Source: a virus (taxonomy: Duplodnaviria > Caudoviricetes). From it: a stretch of DNA of 35,133 nt. This document shows, in pieces, positions 27,096 to 35,133 of this stretch. The stretch covers positions 1 through 35,133 of IMG/VR virus record IMGVR_UViG_3300027571_000834. The stretch is one strand, 5' to 3'. A model generated the notes under the pieces. It was not told the origin of the DNA, did no database searches, and saw only the letters and a program-made list of their open reading frames with translations. Within the stretch, counting starts at the first letter, position 1. Every line of letters begins with the position of its first letter. The position numbers and the translations under genes were made by a program.

Positions 27096-27680
27096 ATGAA
27101 ATATATAATAATAATGCTGTTATTAACAGCAACCTTTGCAGAAGCAAAGGACTTTGACTATGTTGAAACTAACACATGGATTAAACATAGCGAAAGCGGC
27201 TACTCTTTTGGAACTAGACAGCACATAGACAAAGATGTACAACAGTACATGATACGAAAAGACTTTAAGGACTCACCATATCGCCTTGAGTATAGAAATG
27301 TACATAAAGGAGAGCTTCAAGAACACTGGTTCAGAGTGCAAAAGAAAGGCTTTCGATTGCACGGCTTTTGGTTCAATCACAAATTTGAACATCGTATTAG
27401 AGAAGAGAAGGATAACATATTTCGTTATCGTCCATCTTTTGGATACGCTCCGTCTTATCTAACATTGCTTGGCGGTAAACCATTTGTTACTTTAGAACCA
27501 CACTGGCAATATACATATACATCAAAAGATGTAGGCTACAGTCATTTACAAACCTACGTAGGTTTAGAATATAAAGTAAATGACAAATTTACAGTTATAC
27601 CTTATGTTGAAATAGACTATGATAAAAGTTTTGCACAAGATAATGCATTCTTTATAGTTGACTTTAAATTCAAACTATAG
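27096..27680 (+). CDS. Outer-membrane beta-barrel protein
   Basis: Signal peptide ending AEA; F.HR.R....RYR; aromatic-rich amphipathic strands; ends VDFKFKL. Confidence 0.65.
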   Translation: MKYIIIMLLLTATFAEAKDFDYVETNTWIKHSESGYSFGTRQHIDKDVQQYMIRKDFKDSPYRLEYRNVHKGELQEHWFRVQKKGFRLHGFWFNHKFEHRIREEKDNIFRYRPSFGYAPSYLTLLGGKPFVTLEPHWQYTYTSKDVGYSHLQTYVGLEYKVNDKFTVIPYVEIDYDKSFAQDNAFFIVDFKFKL

Positions 27681-27710
27681 TATAATTAAATTAATTTACA
27701 GGAAATAACT

Positions 27711-27998
27711 ATGAACTTAAGACCAATTCTTGATAAAATTATTATCAAGGTAGATGAACCTGAACAGCAAACAGCAGGAGGTATTTTTATTGCAACAGTA
27801 AAGCAAGACGGAATACTTGAAGCTGAAGTACTTGCTGTTGGACCTGGCACGTATGACAACAGAGGCAACTTTGTAGTACCTAATATCAATATTGGTGATA
27901 GGATACTAGTCAACCCAGGTACAGGTGATTCGTACGAATTATCAGATGTAAAATACACAACTATCGTCGAAAAAGATATAGTAGCGGTTTTACAATGA
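27711..27998 (+). CDS. groES: Co-chaperonin GroES (Cpn10)
   Basis: LRPILDKIII, TAGGIFI mobile loop, VLAVGPG, GDRIL, E.DIVAV. Confidence 0.92.
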   Translation: MNLRPILDKIIIKVDEPEQQTAGGIFIATVKQDGILEAEVLAVGPGTYDNRGNFVVPNINIGDRILVNPGTGDSYELSDVKYTTIVEKDIVAVLQ

Positions 27999-28005
27999 TA
28001 AATAA

Positions 28006-28097
28006 AAGTGTAGAAAGGACTGATTCTTTTTTACATTTAACTGGCACGCCGAAAGGGTGCTAAATTTAATCTTGCTTATTAAAGGAGAAAACAAATG
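28006..28097 (+). promoter_or_regulatory. ROSE-like RNA thermometer in the Hsp20 5' UTR
   Basis: Two upstream hairpins, then TCTTGCTT(28070-28077) pairing with AAGGAGA(28082-28088) with bulged G28074; TAAATA at 27999-28004. Confidence 0.8.
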
Positions 28098-28556
28098 ACA
28101 AGACTAACAACTCTAGACCTACCTAACTTCCACAGAGCTACTATTGGCTTTGATAGACTATTTAATGAACTCGAAAGAGGGTTTGCAAACAGTCCAAACG
28201 GAAACGGGTATCCCCCATACAACATAGCACAAATCAACGAAGATGAGTATATGATCTCATTGGCTGTTGCCGGCTTTGGTATGGACAATCTATCAATTAC
28301 AACAGACGGCGATCAGTTGAAAATTGAAGGTACTGCTCCTAAAGGAGATGAAGAAGTCAAATACTTACACAAAGGTATTGGCGGACGTAATTTCCGTAGA
28401 GAGTTTACACTTGCTGACCACGTCAAGGTAGCAGACGCAAGCCTTGAACTAGGTATGCTAAATGTACATCTAGTACGTGAAGTACCAGAAGCACTGAAAC
28501 CTAAGACAATTAAGATCAATGACGGTCTTACAATCGAAGGTAATACAGATAAGTAA
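28095..28556 (+). CDS. Small heat-shock protein Hsp20 (IbpA-like)
   Basis: IGFDRLF, YPPYNI, LAVAGF, YLHKGIGGRNF.R.F.L, GML...L...VPE..KP..I.I. Confidence 0.95.
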   Translation: MTRLTTLDLPNFHRATIGFDRLFNELERGFANSPNGNGYPPYNIAQINEDEYMISLAVAGFGMDNLSITTDGDQLKIEGTAPKGDEEVKYLHKGIGGRNFRREFTLADHVKVADASLELGMLNVHLVREVPEALKPKTIKINDGLTIEGNTDK

Positions 28557-28564
28557 TATGTCTA

Positions 28565-28586
28565 GGGGGAGTGTAACAACTCCCCC
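28565..28586 (+). other. Strong GC stem-loop after Hsp20 (RNA stabiliser or terminator)
   Basis: GGGGGAGT-GTAACA-ACTCCCCC; no clean U tract. Confidence 0.7.
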
Positions 28587-28607
28587 ACTATATTAGGAGA
28601 ATAAGAA

Positions 28608-28919
28608 ATGTCGGTCGACCTAGATATTAAACTAGATGAAAAAATTAAGAAAGTAGTTAAGCAACCTTCACGGTATAAGGTATTATTCCTTAATGATACC
28701 GCCACACCTATGGAGTGGGTTGTTGACTTGTTGATAACTATATTTAAGCACAGTCAACAATCGGCTGAAGAAATAACTATGACAATACACACAGAAGGTA
28801 GTGGTGTAGTTGGTATTTACTCTTACGAGATTGCTGAGATTCGAGCCCACGAAGCAACAACATTAAGCAGGAACCACGGGTTCCCCTTACAGATAAAGAT
28901 AGAAGAAAACGAAGAGTAA
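28608..28919 (+). CDS. clpS: ATP-dependent Clp protease adaptor ClpS
   Basis: P..YKVLFLND..TPMEWVV..L...F, IH.EG..VVG.Y.YEIAE, FPL. Confidence 0.92.
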   Translation: MSVDLDIKLDEKIKKVVKQPSRYKVLFLNDTATPMEWVVDLLITIFKHSQQSAEEITMTIHTEGSGVVGIYSYEIAEIRAHEATTLSRNHGFPLQIKIEENEE

Positions 28920-29476
28920 TGACAACGATAAAAGATTTAACATGGGAACACCATAAAGAAGCTGAAAGACAAGAATTTGTAAAAGTACTAATGAGTGGAA
29001 AAATTAATCCACAGTTCTATGCAACTTACTTGTGGAATCAGCATAAGAAGTATGACATACTAGAAGCTATAGCGACAATGCATGGCTTGTTAGATGACTT
29101 ATTTGAAGTAAGGCGTAAAAACGCAATACACGAAGATTATTTAGAACTATGGGAAAATCAATTACCGCCACCTATAGTTGAAAGCACAAACGAATACATT
29201 GGACATATGAAAGAGATAATGCATGATGCTGATGCTGTTATGGCACACATCTATGTTTTACATATGGGCGATCTAAGTGGCGGACAAATGATTAGACGCA
29301 AAGTACCAGGCAAAACTAGAATGTATGATTTTGATGGTGACACAGCAGAACTAAAAGAAAAGATTAGATCAAAAATAGACGACAGCATGGCCGACGAAGC
29401 AAAGTTTGTATTTGAATCTAGTACTAAATTATTTAAAGAACTAATGGAGTTAGACATTGAGCGTTATCTGGGATAG
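28919..29476 (+). CDS. Heme oxygenase (biliverdin-producing)
   Basis: T.EHH..AE proximal His; AHIYVLHMGDLSGGQMI distal helix. Confidence 0.92.
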   Translation: MTTIKDLTWEHHKEAERQEFVKVLMSGKINPQFYATYLWNQHKKYDILEAIATMHGLLDDLFEVRRKNAIHEDYLELWENQLPPPIVESTNEYIGHMKEIMHDADAVMAHIYVLHMGDLSGGQMIRRKVPGKTRMYDFDGDTAELKEKIRSKIDDSMADEAKFVFESSTKLFKELMELDIERYLG

Positions 29477-30164
29477 ACTAATAGAATGCCAAGAACAAAT
29501 AATTAATATATTTGAAAAGCATGCTACTGAATTTGATGAACCGGGACTGGATCACTTTAATCAACCTGACCAAGGATGGATTAATCGTGTATGGGCAAAT
29601 AAAAATGTACGTAGAGCGCACATAGACGTTGTAGATGCACGTGAGTCTAAAGGCTTATGGATGATGCACGTATGTTGTTTTCCTACACTAGATAACGATG
29701 CACCTATATACGGCTTTGATGTTATTGCAGGCAAAAATAAGATGACTGGTGCATTTCATGACTTTAGTGCTAGTAGTGGCGGCGATGATCATCCTATGAT
29801 AGAAGGATATAGAGATGCTGTTAAAGACTTTATTCCAACAAAACAACGTAAGTTACCTGAATGGGCAACTAATATATTCACAGACAGTATGATTGCTGCA
29901 GGCAATGTACGCACAGAAGAAGAGTCTGTTGCTATTATTGAACTAGCACTTGCTAACTTAGAAGCGTGGTTTGATGAAGTGCCTGCGTTTGAAGGATACG
30001 GCGACAAGTATCTAACACTAGCCGCACAAAATTACTATTGCGAAAACCAGCAACAAAATCCACATACTCCTAATGTAATGAAAACACTAGGGCTTGCAGA
30101 AGACGATGTAGACAGGTTCTGCACCGACATGTTGTTTCCTAAATTAGATAAATATTCTATATAA
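29457..30164 (+). CDS. pcyX: Ferredoxin-dependent bilin reductase, PcyX-like (PcyA family)
   Basis: RRAHID(D57), MMH(H71)V..FP, PIYGFD(D88), R.LPEWA.IF, Q..YC..Q..NPHT..V...LG, ..LFP; coupled to heme oxygenase. Confidence 0.82.
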   Translation: MSVIWDRLIECQEQIINIFEKHATEFDEPGLDHFNQPDQGWINRVWANKNVRRAHIDVVDARESKGLWMMHVCCFPTLDNDAPIYGFDVIAGKNKMTGAFHDFSASSGGDDHPMIEGYRDAVKDFIPTKQRKLPEWATNIFTDSMIAAGNVRTEEESVAIIELALANLEAWFDEVPAFEGYGDKYLTLAAQNYYCENQQQNPHTPNVMKTLGLAEDDVDRFCTDMLFPKLDKYSI

Positions 30165-30177
30165 GGGATAATATATA

Positions 30178-31302
30178 ATGCGATTTCAGGATTTTAAATT
30201 AGTCGAAGCACCAGGTGATGAAATACCTGCAAAGAAGATGGCAAATGTAAATGTTGCATCTGATACATTCGACGACAAAGAAGTAAACGATTTACAACAG
30301 CAAGTAGCTGACAGAGTGATGCGAGTACAAGATCCTAGTGTACTACATAGAGTTGAAGCTATCCTACGTAAAGGCGGCATTACTAGAATCTCAAATGCAT
30401 ACTTCAAACGTGATAGTGATGCAGAGAAGTTTGTCAATAGACTAGCAACAATGATCATTGAACTTGAAATCCCTACTAACGATAAGATCGCATTTTTAAA
30501 AGAGTTTGCTACAACAAATTGCATTAAGCCAGAAGCAATATTTGATAACACAGGCACACCACAATCAATGGACACTTGGTTCGAAGGTAGTCAAACAGCA
30601 AGAACAATGTTTAAGGCTATGATTAACGATCCGGGTCTAATTGGTAAAAATGCAGGTGAAGCAGGACCAGGCGAACTTGCTATTGCGTGTTTCCATAGAA
30701 AGATTACAGCTGGCACAGATCCAAAAGCAAGTTATGATTTAAAGTACGGTAGTGACTTAATTGAAGTTAAGACATCAGCTGGCGGCAAAGGTGGCGGACG
30801 TTGGACAGCAATGAACGACTATCCACTAGATACTTACATACGTAGCTCAGAAAGCAGAATAGATCCTAAGAAATGTCCTAAGAGTGTTAGTATGTTTAGA
30901 TCAACACGCCAAAGTGCAAAGACATTACCTAATATCGTAGACGTACTAAGTGATCCGCAATACTTAAAAGAAGAAGGCGGACAACCTATCATGATTGCTG
31001 AACAAAAACAAATATTCAAACGTTTATTACAATATGCATATCCAAATGCAGATGACCAATTAATAAACAAAGCTGCAAGTTCATATCCTGATCATACCAC
31101 TAGAGACATTGCTCCAGTAGCGTTTGCAAGTTACAAAGCAAAGCAAGACTTTACAAGTATGCTATTAATGAAAGCAAGTGGTGATAACATTACAACACTA
31201 CACTTTAATGATCTATCAGTAGCCGTAGATAAATTTAAACTAGGTGCTCTATACCTTAACGGACAACAACGTGGTATGAGTATGCAGGCAACCTTAGTAT
31301 AA
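30178..31302 (+). CDS. Putative PD-(D/E)xK nuclease-fold protein with capsid-targeting-like N-terminus
   Basis: GPGELAI...YDLKY...IEVK; MRFQDFKLVE|A; TAAATA at 30149-30154. Confidence 0.55.
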   Translation: MRFQDFKLVEAPGDEIPAKKMANVNVASDTFDDKEVNDLQQQVADRVMRVQDPSVLHRVEAILRKGGITRISNAYFKRDSDAEKFVNRLATMIIELEIPTNDKIAFLKEFATTNCIKPEAIFDNTGTPQSMDTWFEGSQTARTMFKAMINDPGLIGKNAGEAGPGELAIACFHRKITAGTDPKASYDLKYGSDLIEVKTSAGGKGGGRWTAMNDYPLDTYIRSSESRIDPKKCPKSVSMFRSTRQSAKTLPNIVDVLSDPQYLKEEGGQPIMIAEQKQIFKRLLQYAYPNADDQLINKAASSYPDHTTRDIAPVAFASYKAKQDFTSMLLMKASGDNITTLHFNDLSVAVDKFKLGALYLNGQQRGMSMQATLV

Positions 31303-31413
31303 CCCACCCTTCAAAAAACAGTACTTTGGTACTGGAATCCCCTTGAGCTTTGGCTAAATACAATTGGTAATTCGATGAACAGAGCGTGAGGGCGTTCGCA
31401 ACGGAGAGATATT

Positions 31414-31887
31414 ATGAAAAACACGTTTTACACAATAGCAATTAGTTTGTCATTGTTGGCTTTAGCACCAACAGCAGCAGCAGACTTAACGTGGAAATTT
31501 AAAAACCCTGCATTCCATTATGGCAATGGATATTCTACACATGTTTTAAGTGTAGAGCAATTACAACACAATAGAAAAACAGAATTAAGAAAAGCCGCAG
31601 AAGCTGAAGCTGCACGTATAGAACGTGAACTAGATAATTCAGTTTTAAATAAATTTATCCGTAACTTAGAATCACGTATATATGCAACACTGTCAAAACA
31701 AATGGTTGATAGTATGTTTGCTGACTGTGGCGACACTTGTGCTAATAGCGGATCTGCAGACGTAGAAGGTAATAACATATCATGGATTAAAGATCCAGTA
31801 ACAGGAACAATTACACTTACCATTACTGGTGAGGATGGGACTGTAACAGAAATTGTAATTCCAGGTATGGGAGAATTTAATTTCTAA
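31414..31887 (+). CDS. csgF: Curli assembly protein CsgF-like
   Basis: Signal peptide; L.WKFKNPAF..GNG; F..NLESRIYA.LS; G..TEI.IP; TAAATA at 31355-31360. Confidence 0.85.
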   Translation: MKNTFYTIAISLSLLALAPTAAADLTWKFKNPAFHYGNGYSTHVLSVEQLQHNRKTELRKAAEAEAARIERELDNSVLNKFIRNLESRIYATLSKQMVDSMFADCGDTCANSGSADVEGNNISWIKDPVTGTITLTITGEDGTVTEIVIPGMGEFNF

Positions 31888-31888
31888 T

Positions 31889-32758
31889 ATGAGAATAACA
31901 ACTATCATTGCAACATTATTTTTCTTAGGCGGGTGTGCAATCAACCCGTCATTGAAAGTGCTTGAAGAGCATGCAACATCACCTAAAGCACAGGTAAGTC
32001 CAATACAAAAAAGAATGGAAGATGTACCAAAAGTTGATGGAAGAAAAATAACAATAGCAGTTTACGGGTTCCAAGATAAAACAGGACAACGTAAACCAGC
32101 AGATAGTATAGCTAATTTAAGTAGTGCGGTAACACAAGGAAGTGAAGTTTGGGTTATAAAAGCACTACAGGATGTCGGCGGTGGCAACTGGTTTGAAGTT
32201 GTCGAACGTGTGGGCATGGATAATTTAATAAAAGAAAGGCAACTAATAAGGCAAACAAGAGAAGTTTACGAGAAAGAACTTCCTACAGGACCAACCCCGT
32301 TGAAACCGATGCTATTTGCAGGACTACTCCTTGAAGGCGGAATAGTAGGGTATGATAGTAATACGGCTGTTGGTGGTGCAGGAGCAAGGTACTTAGGCTT
32401 AGGAATACAGACAGAATATCGAATTGATACTGTAACTGTAGTTATGAGACTAGTAAGTGTTAGTACTGGCAAAGTACTAATGAGTATAGCAACCGAGAAA
32501 ACAATCGCAAGCTATAGATCCGGAGCGGATATATTTAAGTTCTTTGATTTAGGAACTAGGTTAGTGGAAACAGAAGCAGGTTTTTCTGTAAATGAACCAG
32601 TCAATTATGCTGTAAGGGCAGCTGTTGAACAGGGTGTTATAGAACTCATTTACGAAGGAGAACGCAAAAATCTTTGGAAATTTAAAGACGAATCTTCTGT
32701 ACCCATAAAGGAAACAAATAAACAATCTGAGGCGTCTGCGAGCATCGCATCAGAATAA
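31889..32758 (+). CDS. csgG: Curli secretion channel lipoprotein CsgG
   Basis: Lipobox LGGC; AVY.F.DKTGQRKP; SSAVTQG; WF.VVER.G.DNL.KERQLIR; EGGIVGYDSN...GG.GARYLG.G. Confidence 0.93.
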   Translation: MRITTIIATLFFLGGCAINPSLKVLEEHATSPKAQVSPIQKRMEDVPKVDGRKITIAVYGFQDKTGQRKPADSIANLSSAVTQGSEVWVIKALQDVGGGNWFEVVERVGMDNLIKERQLIRQTREVYEKELPTGPTPLKPMLFAGLLLEGGIVGYDSNTAVGGAGARYLGLGIQTEYRIDTVTVVMRLVSVSTGKVLMSIATEKTIASYRSGADIFKFFDLGTRLVETEAGFSVNEPVNYAVRAAVEQGVIELIYEGERKNLWKFKDESSVPIKETNKQSEASASIASE

Positions 32759-32772
32759 GAGAGGGCAATTTA

Positions 32773-33468
32773 ATGAAAAAAATATTTTATACAATACCAT
32801 TACTCTTTGCTTTTAGTGTTCCTACTTTCGCAAACGATATCTATGTTACGCAGATTGGTGACAATCTAGACTTAGATATTGTTCAAGACGGTAGTAACAA
32901 CGTAATAGGAACATCGACTACTGATGTAACATTAGATGGTGACGACATGACATTTAGTATTACACAACAAGGTGATTCAAACACTATTTCGGCTATAATC
33001 AAAGGTAACACATACACAGGTACATGGAGTTTTATAGGAAACAGCAACACCGTTTCTTTATTATGTGATTCGACTTCAGGTACTAACTGTGAAAATGTCA
33101 CAGCTAATATCACCACTAACGGTGATAGTAATGCGTTCGTTATCACAGCTGGAGAAAGTAATGATGCTGAAAATTTAGTAGCAAACTTTACTATCGACGG
33201 CGACGGTAATACTATTAATACAGATATTGATGGAACTAGTGTAGCACTAACATTGGTGAGTGATAACTCAGCAAGTACAGCTGCTACTGGTAATACATTC
33301 ACAATTGATGTAGACGGTAACGGAGACATAAATGGGCATACTATTAATATTGACGTAACAGGCGGAGGTAGTACATATGATATTACTCAAAGCGGTCTCG
33401 GCGATAATACAATAGAAGCTACATTTAGCGGTGATGGCCAAGATGTTGACATTACACAATCTGATTAG
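32773..33468 (+). CDS. Secreted curlin-like beta-solenoid repeat protein
   Basis: Signal peptide ending TFA; repeated (Q)xG(D/N)xN units (QDGSNN, QQGDSN, GNSN, GDSN, GDGN, GDN). Confidence 0.75.
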   Translation: MKKIFYTIPLLFAFSVPTFANDIYVTQIGDNLDLDIVQDGSNNVIGTSTTDVTLDGDDMTFSITQQGDSNTISAIIKGNTYTGTWSFIGNSNTVSLLCDSTSGTNCENVTANITTNGDSNAFVITAGESNDAENLVANFTIDGDGNTINTDIDGTSVALTLVSDNSASTAATGNTFTIDVDGNGDINGHTINIDVTGGGSTYDITQSGLGDNTIEATFSGDGQDVDITQSD

Positions 33469-34594
33469 AGCGGGCCTAGTCTTAGGCGCGATCCTTTCTA
33501 CTATCCCAGCAAGTGCTAATACGCCTGATGCAGGCGCAATTGGTGCGATCAAAGGGTCTGGGGTATTAGAGAGAGATAGTCAAGTTATACAAGGAAACAC
33601 GGGAGTCAACGTACAAAGTATGGATACAGCAGTTACCGCTAAAGGTAAAATGCGTATTGACTTTGTAGATGACACCCGTGTTGATCTTACAGATCACAGC
33701 AGACTTTTAATTGATGAGTTTGTATACGACCCAGCAAATGATGTAGGGTCAATAAGTTTAAAAGCATCACTAGGCACAGTAAGATATGCTAGTGGGCAAA
33801 TAGCAAAACGTTATCAACAGAACGTAAAAATTAGAACACCAAGTGCAACAATCGGTGTACGTGGTACAGACTTTATAATGCTTGTGGATGAAATAGGCGG
33901 AACTATGGTAACACTATTACCTAGTTGCGATACACAAGGAACATGTATCACAGGTGAAATTAGTGTAGAAAGCGACACAGGAATGGTTATTATGAATCAG
34001 TCATTCCAAACTACAGTAATTAAATCTTCTTACCAAAAACCTTCTAAACCATTAATACTAGACCTAGATGAAAAAGATATCGGAACACTTTTAATATTAA
34101 GGAAACGTAGTCCGTATCAAGAAGAAGAACTAGAAATACTTAAAAAACAAAGAGCTCAGTTTGAATTTTTAGACATTGATTTTTTAGAGACAGACGTACT
34201 TGATAGTGATGCATTAGTAGATAGCATTAAAGATATATGGGCAACAGAATTATCAAGAGGAGCAGATTACTATTTAGGCGAGCTATTGTACGACATGATA
34301 GATCAATTAAACTTAGCTCTAGCAGCATTGTTTAGAAATGAACTAGACAAGCAAAACGAACAATTTTTTACAAACCAGCAATTTGGTTATGATGATAAAA
34401 CAAGAATAACACTAGACAAACAAGATCCAAATTGGGTAGTACAAAGAACAGATTTAGGTGTTGTTAATAATCTTCAGTTAACGTTGTCTCAGGACAGCGG
34501 ATATATTATCAACATGGAACAGCAGGGCGAAGCTGTTTTAGATTATAGATTAGGCAACGGCACTAACGCTATAGACATAAGGCAAGGACAATGA
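33431..34594 (+). CDS. Secreted FecR-domain protein
   Basis: Signal peptide; D...T..G...I.F.D.T...L...S.L.ID.F.YDP; G..RY.SG; TPSATIGVRGTDF; GEISV. Start GTG33431 or ATG33443. Confidence 0.8.
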   Translation: MMAKMLTLHNLIRAGLVLGAILSTIPASANTPDAGAIGAIKGSGVLERDSQVIQGNTGVNVQSMDTAVTAKGKMRIDFVDDTRVDLTDHSRLLIDEFVYDPANDVGSISLKASLGTVRYASGQIAKRYQQNVKIRTPSATIGVRGTDFIMLVDEIGGTMVTLLPSCDTQGTCITGEISVESDTGMVIMNQSFQTTVIKSSYQKPSKPLILDLDEKDIGTLLILRKRSPYQEEELEILKKQRAQFEFLDIDFLETDVLDSDALVDSIKDIWATELSRGADYYLGELLYDMIDQLNLALAALFRNELDKQNEQFFTNQQFGYDDKTRITLDKQDPNWVVQRTDLGVVNNLQLTLSQDSGYIINMEQQGEAVLDYRLGNGTNAIDIRQGQ

Positions 34595-35133
34595 AACTTA
34601 CAGGAACACACTTAGGAATTTTAGTAATACTATTATACTTTGGTGCCCAATCTTGTATGGCTAATGAAATATACATAAACCAAGTAGGTGATGATCTTAA
34701 GTTAGAAGTTGTTCAAGATGGTAATGACAACTACTTTCAGTATTGTGCTGTCGACAATGATTCAAATTGTACAGATGTGAACGGCAACGCACAGAATCAG
34801 GCAGATGGTGTCGCAAGTGATAATTCTACTGTAGCAAGTAGTACAGTTGGGGACGATAATACAGTTGTCGTAGCACATGCAACTGGACAAAATAATACTA
34901 ATGAAAATATAACCAATATAGATATTATAGGTGACCGCAATAAAGCACAAACCATCTTTTCAAACCAGAGTAACGGAAGTCACCGGTTTAGTAATATGGA
35001 TTGGGGTGGACTTAAAGAAAGCAACATTGAGATTGACGGTGATGATAATACAGTACAAGTTCGTAGTGATAGTTATGGCACAGCCGAAGCTAACATTAGT
35101 GTAACTGGTGATGATAATGATGTAACAGTATAC
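34591..35133 (+). CDS. Second curlin-like repeat protein, truncated by window end (not in ORF track)
   Basis: ATGA overlap with the FecR gene; MKLTGTHLGILVILLYFGAQSCMA|NEIYINQVGDDLKLEVVQDGNDN...GDDN, GDRN, GDDN, GDDN; no stop before 35133. Confidence 0.8.
   Translation, partial: MKLTGTHLGILVILLYFGAQSCMANEIYINQVGDDLKLEVVQDGNDNYFQYCAVDNDSNCTDVNGNAQNQADGVASDNSTVASSTVGDDNTVVVAHATGQNNTNENITNIDIIGDRNKAQTIFSNQSNGSHRFSNMDWGGLKESNIEIDGDDNTVQVRSDSYGTAEANISVTGDDNDVTVY

Noticed and set aside
31303-31413. tRNA or ncRNA in the gap before csgF
   Set aside because: Only a 6-bp hairpin (CAGTAC-TTTG-GTACTG) and a late motif; no cloverleaf or T-loop consensus.
653-34950. Numerous minus-strand and off-frame ORFs in the track (e.g. 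653-1075, 4345-4716, 8167-8619, 16601-16783, 22539-22925, 32883-33329, 34762-34950)
   Set aside because: They lie inside or opposite well-supported genes, are Ser-rich shadow translations, and lack RBS or motifs.
1-35133. Bacterial chromosome origin suggested by prs, guaC, rpsU, groES, clpS and csgG
   Set aside because: These genes are out of their cellular operon contexts and are mixed with PAAR, fibre and T4-like hypothetical genes and TAAATA late motifs, nearly all on one strand.
1-35133. Stop-codon reassignment as seen in some large phages
   Set aside because: Conserved genes are full length under code 11, and TAA, TAG and TGA all end genes.

Overview
A gene-dense, AT-rich segment, almost entirely on the + strand, most consistent with a large T4-like (myovirus-type) phage of a marine Gram-negative host, probably an alphaproteobacterium (inferred). 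It is not a bacterial chromosome. Contents: (i) a late-promoter cluster at 2141-9027 of proteins with T4 capsid-targeting-like N-termini and (I/L/V)xE|(A/G/S) protease-like sites, including a Pol-beta-type nucleotidyltransferase, a KxDG ligase-fold protein, two paralogous very basic proteins, and an acidic core-like protein with a candidate -1 frameshift extension; (ii) nucleotide and redox genes (prs, nrdA, nrdB, glutaredoxin, guaC, Nfu); (iii) virion genes (beta-helix fibre, PAAR); (iv) envelope genes (class 3 lipase, SleB hydrolase, three lipoproteins, a coiled-coil membrane protein with a peptidoglycan-binding motif, two beta-barrels, two transporters); (v) bS21, an Hc1-like protein, GroES, Hsp20 with a ROSE-like RNA thermometer, ClpS, heme oxygenase and a PcyX-like bilin reductase; (vi) a curli-type operon (csgF, csgG, two curlin-like proteins, a FecR-domain protein). 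Two promoter classes are visible: sigma70-like TTGACA/TAnnnT and a late-type TAAATA. No tRNA, rRNA or CRISPR array was seen. All family calls come from recognising motifs by eye, not from database searches.
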